Source: a virus (lineage: Duplodnaviria; Heunggongvirae; Uroviricota; Caudoviricetes). From it: a stretch of DNA of 64,000 bases. The position numbers and the translations under genes were made by a program. Shown here one piece after another: positions 55,265 through 63,748 of this stretch (position 1 is its first letter; every line of letters begins with the position of its first letter). The stretch lies in IMG/VR virus record IMGVR_UViG_3300028610_001217. One strand, written 5' to 3'. The notes under the pieces were generated by a model. It saw only the letters and a list, made by a program, of their open reading frames with translations. It was not told where the DNA came from and did no database searches.

Positions 55265-55335
55265 CACTCAGGGAAGGGTTCGAACCCTCATTGACGGGTC
55301 CAAGGCCCGCTGTCCTACCATTGGACGACCTGAGT
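55265..55335 (-). tRNA. tRNA-Gln(TTG) (C33 instead of U33 in my fold)
   Basis: Perfect acceptor ACTCAGG/CCTGAGT; D-arm GTCC-AATGGTA-GGAC; anticodon arm GCGGG-CCTTGGA-CCCGT; T-arm GAGGG-TTCGAAC-CCTTC. Confidence 0.5.
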
Positions 55336-55345
55336 AATCTTGTTG

Positions 55346-55552
55346 TTAGTGTAGTACCCTTTCTTCTTCGGATTGATCTTTTTCCTCGACTTCTCCGGCC
55401 TCTATAATTAAGTCTACGAAAGCTGCCATAGCCTTCCCGCACGCAGCCGTAGCACAAGAATCGCAACCGTCACTCTTCATATACATGCTGCAAGTTTTCC
55501 TTATTTGAACAGACTCCTTAGCCAACCGCAGTATTTCTTTAGTTAATATCAT
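55346..55552 (-). CDS. hypothetical small protein
   Basis: 68-aa ORF adjacent to tRNA-Gln. Confidence 0.3.
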   Translation of the reverse strand: MILTKEILRLAKESVQIRKTCSMYMKSDGCDSCATAACGKAMAAFVDLIIEAGEVEEKDQSEEERVLH

Positions 55553-55557
55553 ATTAG

Positions 55558-56097
55558 TTAAACCGTCTCGCTTAAGTAGGCTAACGGATCAATATTAACT
55601 TCAAGCGTTTTTTCGAAAGTCCTACCTGCATAAGATTCAAAAGCCCCGCACGGCCCCCTAAATGAATGCCCCCGCTCTAAGTAAGCGCCTTGATCAGCTT
55701 CGAGCAATAACTTTACGGCTAACACATTAATCGCCGCATGCGTCTTATCTAGCCCCGCGCAATAATGGTCACTTAGGATGTCTTCGCCCTTACCGTCCTT
55801 CTTGAACACTTGAAGCGTAACGTGCGCAAGCGACTCCATTTGCCCGTTCAACGTATGATCATGAAACCTTGAATAAGGCATAACGTAAAGCGTTCCGCTT
55901 TGACCCCGAATAGGTATGCGGTTATATTTCTCAAGGATTTCACGCTGATAGGCGCTCAGATTTCGCCAAAGTCGTTTGAATTGTACGCTTGTTTCATCGT
56001 ACATCACCCGGCCTTTGCCTTCCTTTTTCATTGTGGCTTGAATGCGCCTCGCCTCACGGCAATCTTCGCAATCACAACCACCAACAATATCATTCAT
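55558..56097 (-). CDS. paralog family D, distant fifth copy with extra N-terminal Cys motif
   Basis: FKRLWRNLSAYQREILEKYNRIPIRGQSGTLYVMPYSRFHDH ... NVLAVKLLLE; N-terminal CDCEDCREARR extension. Confidence 0.45.
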   Translation of the reverse strand: MNDIVGGCDCEDCREARRIQATMKKEGKGRVMYDETSVQFKRLWRNLSAYQREILEKYNRIPIRGQSGTLYVMPYSRFHDHTLNGQMESLAHVTLQVFKKDGKGEDILSDHYCAGLDKTHAAINVLAVKLLLEADQGAYLERGHSFRGPCGAFESYAGRTFEKTLEVNIDPLAYLSETV

Positions 56098-56099
56098 GT

Positions 56100-56510
56100 C
56101 TAACTCAATTCCTCGCCACCGGCCATTTGCGGGATAACAAAATACTCTTGAACTGTAATGTCAAACTCGTGAGCAACCTCGCTTACCCCCTCCCCATCAG
56201 TCGTTAAAATAGACCAACCTTGGCTCTTTAGTTGCTTGAACTTAACCTTAGCCGCCTTAATCGATTCAACATCATCCGCTTCCCACTCAAGCAGTGGTTC
56301 GTCGCCCGATGAACCCCTGAGTTGAATCATTCGGCTTTTAACCTTAGCCTTGGCCAAAACGTTGTCGATACCATCGATAGTCGCATCAACTTCCGGCACC
56401 TGCACCTTTCCCTGCTTAACCTCAACCTCAGCATTTAGGCCAACCTTTTTCTCAGCTTTCTTCTTCTGTTCCTGAACCATCCTTAACCTCCCCATAATAT
56501 CCGCCAACAT
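56100..56510 (-). CDS. hypothetical protein
   Basis: 136-aa ORF. Confidence 0.3.
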   Translation of the reverse strand: MLADIMGRLRMVQEQKKKAEKKVGLNAEVEVKQGKVQVPEVDATIDGIDNVLAKAKVKSRMIQLRGSSGDEPLLEWEADDVESIKAAKVKFKQLKSQGWSILTTDGEGVSEVAHEFDITVQEYFVIPQMAGGEELS

Positions 56511-56905
56511 AGTTTTGAAAACAATGCGCTTGTTAACCCTGCTAGGGCTACAACTACAAACGTATTGAAAAATAAATCAAGCACCACGAACTCTGACTCA
56601 AGTACCGTCACCCTATAGTAAGCCACAAATAGAAACGCTATCCAATGACTCACGCACCACCAACAACTAAGTAACTCCCCGAACCAATCATTAACTCCGA
56701 ATGCCCAAACCCGCACGGTTTGAAACATTTGCGACCGGCTTATAGTAATAGATACCCCGGAGACCGCTAGGCTAACCGCTAATAGTTCAATTAACTCAGC
56801 CGCCACAGCAAACCCCACCACAACATTGCTTTTTGACCTTTCGTTTCTGAGCAGTCCTTTCCTTCTTTTGCGCGGCAAGAACCGCACTAGACTTTTCAAT
56901 AGCAT
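56483..56905 (-). CDS. membrane protein
   Basis: 140 aa; at least three TM helices. Confidence 0.35.
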   Translation of the reverse strand: MLLKSLVRFLPRKRRKGLLRNERSKSNVVVGFAVAAELIELLAVSLAVSGVSITISRSQMFQTVRVWAFGVNDWFGELLSCWWCVSHWIAFLFVAYYRVTVLESEFVVLDLFFNTFVVVALAGLTSALFSKLCWRILWGG

Positions 56906-57032
56906 CAGTAGTGCTTTTTAAAACCTTATCTACATTCGGAGTCTTTACTTCCCCTACCTCAAAATCAAAGACAATATCAGTATTAGCACCCTTACCGCTG
57001 CCTTGTGATGACCTTTGTGATTGACTTACCAT
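56796..57032 (-). CDS. small disordered protein ending in Gly-Gly
   Basis: 78 aa; Ser/Gly/Gln-rich N-terminus, Lys-rich helix; C-terminus ...KKQCCGGVCCGG then stop. Immediately downstream of the AAA+ ATPase gene. Confidence 0.3.
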   Translation of the reverse strand: MVSQSQRSSQGSGKGANTDIVFDFEVGEVKTPNVDKVLKSTTDAIEKSSAVLAAQKKERTAQKRKVKKQCCGGVCCGG

Positions 57033-57045
57033 ATTAACCCCCTTT

Positions 57046-58599
57046 TTAGGCTACTGCCTCTATCTTGAGAATAGGCGCATTCAAGTTCTTGCCTAGTTCC
57101 TCAACTTCTGGCCGATGGTCAACATCCTTTTGCTGCGCTCGCATCCAACGAACTGATGCAGTTAGATCTTCTTCCGTTATGCCGGACGGCCCTTCCTTCT
57201 TGGCCGCCAACTCACGCCGGATAGCCTTTGCGATCGCCTGCTCAACTATCGTGGCTATCATACCGCCGCTACACAAGTCGCCTAAAGAAATACTAAACGT
57301 GCCCTCTTTGGTGTGCATACGGTAGAATGCTTTTTCGTTAGAGAATAGGGTCTCAGTTGCACTCAAACTAAGGTTATCGATATTGCATTCAGAATGAAGC
57401 AACGTCTCCCCCAAGTTAAGCCGGAATATTTCTTGAGCGCTCTCTTTAGTTGGGCGACCTATCTTGATCTTGCGATCAATTCGCCCTTCCCTAACCACTG
57501 CCGGGTCAAGCACGTCTGGCCGGTTAGTCGCCAGTATAATCAAAGCGCCTGATTCCTGCAAGCCATCCATCTCAGTAAGAAACATAGGCACGATAGTTCT
57601 TTCCATATCCGAACTTATTCCGCTCCCCCGCCTACCCAATAGGGAATCTGCCTCATCAAGAAACACCACCGCCGGATAACCTTTTTCCTCGCGGAAATCT
57701 TTAGCGTAAGCAAATAAGCGCCTTATGGCTGCTTCGGCTACGCCAACATAGCGGTCGAGTATTTCCGGCCCCTTGACATAGATAAAACCTTCTGACGTTC
57801 CGTCCTTTACGCCGTAGATCTTAGCCAACGAGGTTGCCACGGCCTTACCGATCATCGTCTTGCCACAACCTGGTGGTCCATAAAGAAGAATGCCTTTAAT
57901 AGGTTTCTTACCATATTTCTCAAAAATACCAGGATTAGTATGCGGTAATTCAACCGCATCGACCATTTCCCGCTTAGCCTCTTCAAGGCCACCAATATCT
58001 TCCCAATGAACGGCTGCCGGCAATTGCGCGGCGAACTGGTTTTCGCCTTTACCTATATTGTGGGTGACGACCATGTTTGATTCATCGACCAAAACCCGAT
58101 CGCCGATTTCAAGTTCTTCTTGCCCATGGAAAACCGTGCGAACTTGTTCGTTAATGTTGACTTCGCAATACTTGCCATCTATGACCTTGGAAACGGTTCC
58201 AATATTTCCGGGGATATGTTCTTGGCTCACCGGCTCGTCAGCTATCGTCATAAGTTCCGGGTTCATCTTAACAGGTGAACCCGCCTTCAACCCTAACTTT
58301 TTGACCACTTCACTAGACGCCCATATCTCCATCAGCTTGCCGTTGCTACCTAACAGCACCCGGCGGACATTGATTGTTTTGCCGTTCTTCTTAGGCTCAA
58401 TAATTTTGCCGTCCAAGCTCTTAGATGGTTTTTCGACGGGCTGCTTCTTTTCCTCGCCGATATCTAATACTGTTGCAAATGCAAACGGTGGCTCAGTGAT
58501 GTCCTCAATAAATTGTTTTTGAGCCAAGAGGGACTCATTAGCCTCCTCTAAGCTCTCCTTGAGAGATAGTATTACTTCCTCTTCAGCCGCTGGTGCCAT
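57046..58599 (-). CDS. AAA+ ATPase, proteasomal-ATPase (ARC/Mpa/PAN)-like
   Basis: Walker A GILLYGPPGCGKT; Walker B VVFLDEADSL; second region of homology ILATNRPDVLDPAVVREGRIDRKIKI; KGPEILDRYVGVAEAAIRRLF typical of proteasomal/CDC48 AAA modules; about 250-aa N-domain with a coiled coil. Confidence 0.75.
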   Translation of the reverse strand: MAPAAEEEVILSLKESLEEANESLLAQKQFIEDITEPPFAFATVLDIGEEKKQPVEKPSKSLDGKIIEPKKNGKTINVRRVLLGSNGKLMEIWASSEVVKKLGLKAGSPVKMNPELMTIADEPVSQEHIPGNIGTVSKVIDGKYCEVNINEQVRTVFHGQEELEIGDRVLVDESNMVVTHNIGKGENQFAAQLPAAVHWEDIGGLEEAKREMVDAVELPHTNPGIFEKYGKKPIKGILLYGPPGCGKTMIGKAVATSLAKIYGVKDGTSEGFIYVKGPEILDRYVGVAEAAIRRLFAYAKDFREEKGYPAVVFLDEADSLLGRRGSGISSDMERTIVPMFLTEMDGLQESGALIILATNRPDVLDPAVVREGRIDRKIKIGRPTKESAQEIFRLNLGETLLHSECNIDNLSLSATETLFSNEKAFYRMHTKEGTFSISLGDLCSGGMIATIVEQAIAKAIRRELAAKKEGPSGITEEDLTASVRWMRAQQKDVDHRPEVEELGKNLNAPILKIEAVA

Positions 58600-58688
58600 A
58601 GTTCCCCTTCCGTTGCCTTTCTCCGTTTTCTATTAAGTTATACCCGTAACAATGAACAATAAAACCGCTTTCGAAGAAAAACTTAGAA

Positions 58689-59597
58689 TTACTTATTCAA
58701 TATAATTTTTATTATGTTCCGCTCAGCTTCTTCCCTTGTGTTCTTACTAACAGTTGTTAGGTCAAACCCCTTGGCGAGCCTAACATCGAATGGCTTCGGT
58801 TGAGGGAAGGTTAGCCACGGCAACCTCTCTAATATCTCAGCTGGTTCACCCATATTATTCAGTGCGGCATTCAAAAACTCTGCACACCAAATTAAGCAAT
58901 TCCTCATTTCAACCATGTTGAGCGTTCCAAAGAAATGCCTAAACTCAATAGTGCCATGCTTCTTTAGGCTCTTCATATTTACCGCCGCTCGTGGTGCGAA
59001 TTGGAATAGTCTTTGACCATTTTTGCCTACAGGTGCGTGAGCATCATAAAACTCCTCAAAAGTTTCCGCCCTCATAGCTTCCGCATACCTAGCTTCCGGT
59101 AGCATACACCTGTGCGATAGTAGGTTCTTCCTATGCCGCTTCTTAGCCCACATTAATTCCTCAGCATCGGGAAACAGCTCCGCCGTGGGCTTAATGATAG
59201 GGTCACAAATTTCAAATGACTGATTAACAAAATCATGAACATACTTCAAAACCCGCTTACAACTATCAATATCGTCTATTAGCCCTGGCACCCCAATGTG
59301 CACGTGAAGATTGCACTTGTAATTTATTACCGGCTTAGGCTGAAGTAATGCGTTTATTTCTTTAATATGGGTTATTTGTTCGCCCATAGTAGGTGTTGGC
59401 TTGGTATTAACCTCACCCCCAAATCCATAAAGCTTACCCTTGGGATCGTTGGCTATCCCATTGCTGTTAACAATAGTGTAGTCTTCCCTACTCCAAACAG
59501 CCCCTTCCGGTAGCAACCCAAAGCAATCAACGTCAGCATATTCCAACTCAACGCCATATGTAAAGCCCAACACGCTATAACGCAATGAACTTCTCAC
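58689..59597 (-). CDS. putative amidoligase (GS-like COOH-NH2 ligase, Amidoligase_2-like)
   Basis: 302 aa; N-terminal YGVELEYADVD resembles the amidoligase catalytic start. Next to a class-II amidotransferase, as in phage amidoligase systems. Confidence 0.5.
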   Translation of the reverse strand: MRSSLRYSVLGFTYGVELEYADVDCFGLLPEGAVWSREDYTIVNSNGIANDPKGKLYGFGGEVNTKPTPTMGEQITHIKEINALLQPKPVINYKCNLHVHIGVPGLIDDIDSCKRVLKYVHDFVNQSFEICDPIIKPTAELFPDAEELMWAKKRHRKNLLSHRCMLPEARYAEAMRAETFEEFYDAHAPVGKNGQRLFQFAPRAAVNMKSLKKHGTIEFRHFFGTLNMVEMRNCLIWCAEFLNAALNNMGEPAEILERLPWLTFPQPKPFDVRLAKGFDLTTVSKNTREEAERNIIKIILNK

Positions 59598-60006
59598 AGC
59601 AATTAACTAGATCGCGAACAACGTCGTCATATTTGCTAATGTCCATCTCATAGTTAGGATCGTGGATTCGTTTCTTCTTGATGAGCCCCGCAAAGTTAAC
59701 AAACTTACGCCTATGGGCACGACTACCGCCGCCGATCATAATAAGCTTTTCTAGGTGAGACGGCTGCATATAACAAGCCATATCGGCCCATTCAATTAAC
59801 TCTACGGTCGTCATCTTTGATCTAATCTCGCGGTATTCGAAACCATTCCGCCCTAAAGCTTCACGCATCCGCTTGCGCGTTATGTTCCCTTCGTTACCGT
59901 TCAAGCAAGAAGAATCAACTTCATAATCAGGCGCAAGGCTTTCCATAATTATCTGCGCAGCAGGCGAACGATTTATATTGCCCGTACAAACAAATAGCAC
60001 CTTCAT
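59575..60006 (-). CDS. low-molecular-weight protein tyrosine phosphatase / ArsC-fold phosphatase
   Basis: VLFVCTGNINRSP (CX5R-S P-loop) and a downstream HDP motif; 143 aa. Confidence 0.65.
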   Translation of the reverse strand: MKVLFVCTGNINRSPAAQIIMESLAPDYEVDSSCLNGNEGNITRKRMREALGRNGFEYREIRSKMTTVELIEWADMACYMQPSHLEKLIMIGGGSRAHRRKFVNFAGLIKKKRIHDPNYEMDISKYDDVVRDLVNCCEKFIAL

Positions 60007-61064
60007 TACCTATACACATCCCCAATATTAGGTAAAACAACCTTTTGTTTATATGTGCCTATACCGATATTTACCACTTCCCCTTTTTCTAGGAATTGAC
60101 GTGTATCTTTAAACAAGTTCAATCTACCCTTGCGCACCCCTACCCATCCAGAAATTTCGCCTAACAAGGAGTGATCAAAAAACTCTCGCCTGAAATCCCA
60201 AAGTATATTCCAGTTAACGCCCTCAGGGATATTATCCTGCATCGTTATTATTTCTTGTTGCATCCTGTCTATGTAATAGCCTAAATAGCGTGCTCCCCAA
60301 AACAATTTCTTGTAGGCGCAAAGCGCGGTTTCAATGTTCCAATAAGTAACCGGGATGTCCGGGTTATCAATCGTAAGTTGAGTATGTAACCCGAGCAACG
60401 TACTCTCTAAGAGTTCATAGTTTATGGGTTCTTCAGGCTTTTGGTGATGCTTGGTGACTTGAGCCTCTAAGCCATATACATAACAAAGGCCATTTCTAGA
60501 GCTTTCTGCTTTCTTTAATTCAAGGGTATCTGGGGTCATTTTTAAGCTAGTAAGCTCATTGATGGCCTCCAAATAATTGAATAAGGAGAACCGCCCGAAA
60601 TAATAGATGTTGTCGGCAAATTTGTACACAGCCTTATATCTATCTTCGTATGGAATATCAAGGAACTCCGCAAATTTAGCTTCCTGCTCTAAGCCGCCCA
60701 TTAAATCGCGATAGCTTTCGTAAGAACGCACAAATTTATTAAAGTTCCTAACCTTAGCTCGGTCTGTTTGAAAGAATAACGAACCTCTCTTTTCGGCCCA
60801 CCATCTTTCCATCCTGCCCAAGTCTACGTTTTCCATATCGGGAAATTCATTCAGTATGTAGTAAGACGTTGGAGCGCAATACGTTAAGCCATAAAGGAAC
60901 GCCAACCAATACCTTTGTGACATGTTCAACTCTAATCGGTCAGCAATATAGTTCATAGCTGCATACGACGGGTCGCAATCACCCGCGCACATCATTAGGC
61001 GATAATATTCTTTGAACAATGGTACATTCCTATTCACAAAGTTTCTCCTCAAAAGGCGGCACAA
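60006..61064 (-). CDS. hypothetical protein (352 aa) inside the modification module
   Basis: No motif recognised by eye; tightly coupled to the neighbouring genes. Confidence 0.4.
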   Translation of the reverse strand: MCRLLRRNFVNRNVPLFKEYYRLMMCAGDCDPSYAAMNYIADRLELNMSQRYWLAFLYGLTYCAPTSYYILNEFPDMENVDLGRMERWWAEKRGSLFFQTDRAKVRNFNKFVRSYESYRDLMGGLEQEAKFAEFLDIPYEDRYKAVYKFADNIYYFGRFSLFNYLEAINELTSLKMTPDTLELKKAESSRNGLCYVYGLEAQVTKHHQKPEEPINYELLESTLLGLHTQLTIDNPDIPVTYWNIETALCAYKKLFWGARYLGYYIDRMQQEIITMQDNIPEGVNWNILWDFRREFFDHSLLGEISGWVGVRKGRLNLFKDTRQFLEKGEVVNIGIGTYKQKVVLPNIGDVYR

Positions 61065-61677
61065 TTTCTACGTTGTTCAAATCCCCGCCAGCTCTAGCAA
61101 TTACGTCTATCGTTGATGTGAAGTATTTACAATTTTTATACTCCCCGTAATAAAGCGGCCTCTTATTGTTCCGGAAAGCGTACAAGTGGCCGCCAACAAG
61201 GTACACGCCAGCAAAGCTACACAACGGATTAGCCTTTACGAATTCAGGAATATCTACCCCGTCCATGATTAGCTTCCTAAGGAATATCTCTGCATCGTTA
61301 GCTGAATTGCATTGCACTGAATATTGTTTTTCATATACTTGTTTTGTTGCTTGCGTGAGGATACCGTTCATCGCAATAGCAGTACGTCCGACGATTATAG
61401 GTTGATTGTTTTCCATAACTTCATGATTACCGGATGTTGAGTAACGGCTATGGAATATAAGGGTGTCGGCCTCCGAAGTTTTGAACCCTTCAACAAACCA
61501 ATTAATACCGATACCGCCAGCGCCAAAAATACGCTCTAGTTCAATTGAATTCGCTAGCGAATAGGCCACACCTAAAGAATGCGTTCCCCTGATCCGCAAC
61601 TCCAACATCAATGATTTAATGAAATTGATAGTTCCTTCATCCTTATTTTGAACCTTAACGCCTAGAATCCCACACAT
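61030..61677 (-). CDS. class-II (Ntn) glutamine amidotransferase domain protein
   Basis: N-terminal MCGILG with the nucleophilic Cys at position 2; 215 aa. Confidence 0.65.
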   Translation of the reverse strand: MCGILGVKVQNKDEGTINFIKSLMLELRIRGTHSLGVAYSLANSIELERIFGAGGIGINWFVEGFKTSEADTLIFHSRYSTSGNHEVMENNQPIIVGRTAIAMNGILTQATKQVYEKQYSVQCNSANDAEIFLRKLIMDGVDIPEFVKANPLCSFAGVYLVGGHLYAFRNNKRPLYYGEYKNCKYFTSTIDVIARAGGDLNNVEIVPPFEEKLCE

Positions 61678-61687
61678 AACTTATTGC

Positions 61688-62305
61688 CTACCAAAACGCC
61701 GCTCTAGAAGCCAGTATGTGGCTAACAATTTCTGCGAGTGTTTCTTCGACTGTTGCCTCCGTCGTATCTATGAATAAGGAAGGTATGTCTGGGTGTTCCT
61801 CAACACAATATTCGTAAGTCCGGGTACATTGCCGATTTTTATCTTCGATATTTTTAGCACCGTTCTTATATTCCTTTTTGACGCCATTTCTGACTTCTAG
61901 GCGATGAAGGAGCGTTTCCAAATCAGTATGTAGGAATATGGGCACAACCTGCCGTCCTTGAACTTCCCTGAAGCGCCTAATATTAATCATGTTGGGTAGC
62001 AGTAATCCCTCTATCAAACAATCTTCTTCCTTGAAATCAACTATAAACCGCTTGAGGTTGTCGGTTGTGCTGCCCCCCATATTATTACAATCAGCGCCGC
62101 CCATCTTCTTATCGGGATAATATGGGCCGAAAGCTACATAGCCGTTTCCCTTCGTAATTTTATAGCCATCGTGTACCTCAACTTCATAATCATTACCCAA
62201 TAGATATTTAACTACAGATGTTTTTCCCGACCCATTAGTTCCACAAACAAAAACAATCACGCCTAATCTTCCTCCAATATTTTGTCGGCCAGCATCATAC
62301 AGCAA
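61688..62305 (-). CDS. P-loop kinase
   Basis: Walker A VCGTNGSGKTS near the N-terminus; 205 aa; small-kinase size class. Confidence 0.55.
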   Translation of the reverse strand: MLYDAGRQNIGGRLGVIVFVCGTNGSGKTSVVKYLLGNDYEVEVHDGYKITKGNGYVAFGPYYPDKKMGGADCNNMGGSTTDNLKRFIVDFKEEDCLIEGLLLPNMINIRRFREVQGRQVVPIFLHTDLETLLHRLEVRNGVKKEYKNGAKNIEDKNRQCTRTYEYCVEEHPDIPSLFIDTTEATVEETLAEIVSHILASRAAFW

Positions 62306-62535
62306 TTTGCAACGTCAGCACATTCCAACGCTATTTCTTCAGGGGTTCGCCCTTCAACTAATGCCTCAGTAAGTTCAAATAACTCTTCATGGATCCTTTT
62401 GTAGAAGTACATGCTACCCTTGGTGCCATATTCGTCTAACTTCTTACCACGCAAAACCATTTTACTTCGCATCAACGGAGTAAATTCATCCATCAATCTT
62501 TCAATCATTTCAGTTCTATAAATATTACCGGCCAT
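62263..62535 (-). CDS. MazG-like nucleotide pyrophosphohydrolase (small all-alpha NTP-PPase)
   Basis: HEELFELTEALVEG ... EEIALECADVANCCMMLA, i.e. EExxE and downstream E..AD metal-binding helices; 90 aa. Confidence 0.55.
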   Translation of the reverse strand: MAGNIYRTEMIERLMDEFTPLMRSKMVLRGKKLDEYGTKGSMYFYKRIHEELFELTEALVEGRTPEEIALECADVANCCMMLADKILEED

Positions 62536-62545
62536 ATTGCTCCAA

Positions 62546-63073
62546 TCAGGGCATCAAAGATGGACCATTGCCTAGTCCCTCAAACAATTTATAGTATTCT
62601 TCACGTTCACTAGCCTTATAAAGCGTCGGCTCTTGCCCAAGCTTCATTTGGTGCCACCATAAAAGCATGCGGCCAGTCCTTCCGTTGCCGTCAACAAACG
62701 GGTGGATATATTCATATCTCACGTGCATACTTGTAGGGTCATCCGATACTTTCATATCATAGAGATAGTTTTGCATTAAACCTTCAACATAATCATGATG
62801 AGGAGTCATCCGGCCCCCAACTTCCCTACTGTCTTGACGATAAACTCCTCTTAATTCCGGGTTAAGCAACCCCTTCATTATCATACCGTGAAGGCCACAA
62901 ATAACTTCATGAGTTAATTCCTCTTGCTGAGTAAGCCAAAGCCAAGCCGCAAACGAATGCCCATCAGATTTACGTGAGTCAACGCCCTCTATTAAGTTCG
63001 ACTCTTTGATGTGTTCACGCATATCTTTCAAAACAATCCCCCCTGTTCTTCCTCTTTGTCCCGCATAAAACAA
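62546..63073 (-). CDS. Fic/DOC family protein
   Basis: Canonical Fic motif HPFVDGNGRTGR. Confidence 0.8.
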   Translation of the reverse strand: MFYAGQRGRTGGIVLKDMREHIKESNLIEGVDSRKSDGHSFAAWLWLTQQEELTHEVICGLHGMIMKGLLNPELRGVYRQDSREVGGRMTPHHDYVEGLMQNYLYDMKVSDDPTSMHVRYEYIHPFVDGNGRTGRMLLWWHQMKLGQEPTLYKASEREEYYKLFEGLGNGPSLMP

Positions 63074-63237
63074 TGAAAATCGTCACACGCTGGTTGTATC
63101 AAATTTACAATTTTATTTAATTTTTTACAAAGAGCATCCCCAGTGTAATCATCGCCTAGCTCTTCATCAGTAGGGAAATGCTTACACCAATCACAAATAA
63201 GCTCGCTTTTATCTAAACAATTAGAGCATAATTTCAT
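63028..63237 (-). CDS. small Cys-rich protein
   Basis: 69 aa; CSNC ... CDWC ... C ... C. Confidence 0.25.
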   Translation of the reverse strand: MKLCSNCLDKSELICDWCKHFPTDEELGDDYTGDALCKKLNKIVNLIQPACDDFHCFMRDKEEEQGGLF

Positions 63238-63566
63238 TTCAATAAATGCGCCTGCCGTTTATCGTGATACTTTGCATAATCCCTCAACCATTCCCCGGTA
63301 AGTTCGTGAAGCTCTTTTATGTCTACCGTATCAAGAAGTATCTCCCCGTGATGCACTTCGCCGTGACGCAGTAAATTCCAAATCATACCGAAACGATCAC
63401 GCCAATTTCGGTGAACATGAATAACCTGCACATACCAATCACGCTCAATTTCGTCCGATTCCTTAATCTCTCCATCAAAATCTTCCATACCGATCCTAAG
63501 GAAAGCATCACCAAACCCGCAACTACATTCTATAATTTTAGACTTGAATCCTCGTTTTTGACTCAT
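63234..63566 (-). CDS. hypothetical protein
   Basis: 110-aa ORF. Confidence 0.3.
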   Translation of the reverse strand: MSQKRGFKSKIIECSCGFGDAFLRIGMEDFDGEIKESDEIERDWYVQVIHVHRNWRDRFGMIWNLLRHGEVHHGEILLDTVDIKELHELTGEWLRDYAKYHDKRQAHLLK

Positions 63567-63748
63567 AACCCTATTCTTTCATCTTGTTTCGCCCAACGAT
63601 TTTTCTGTCGCCTTGGCAAATCTAAAAGATTAGCCCATAGTAAAATGCCAACCAAGACTGCCGGTAACATAATCCATTGGCCCCGCTCTATTGCAAGCCA
63701 ACCGAAATATGTACAAACTAAGATTCCGCATATTCCTAATATTTTCAT
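63563..63748 (-). CDS. small membrane protein
   Basis: 61 aa; two TM helices. Confidence 0.25.
   Translation of the reverse strand: MKILGICGILVCTYFGWLAIERGQWIMLPAVLVGILLWANLLDLPRRQKNRWAKQDERIGL

Noticed and set aside
55254-55466. ORF 55254..55466 (70 aa, Arg-rich)
   Set aside because: Overlaps tRNA-Gln (55265..55335); its Arg/Gly-rich translation is a by-product of the GC-rich tRNA sequence.
57065-58522. Plus-strand ORFs inside the AAA+ ATPase gene (57065..57325, 57464..57679, 58058..58522)
   Set aside because: Antisense to a gene with unambiguous Walker A/B motifs.
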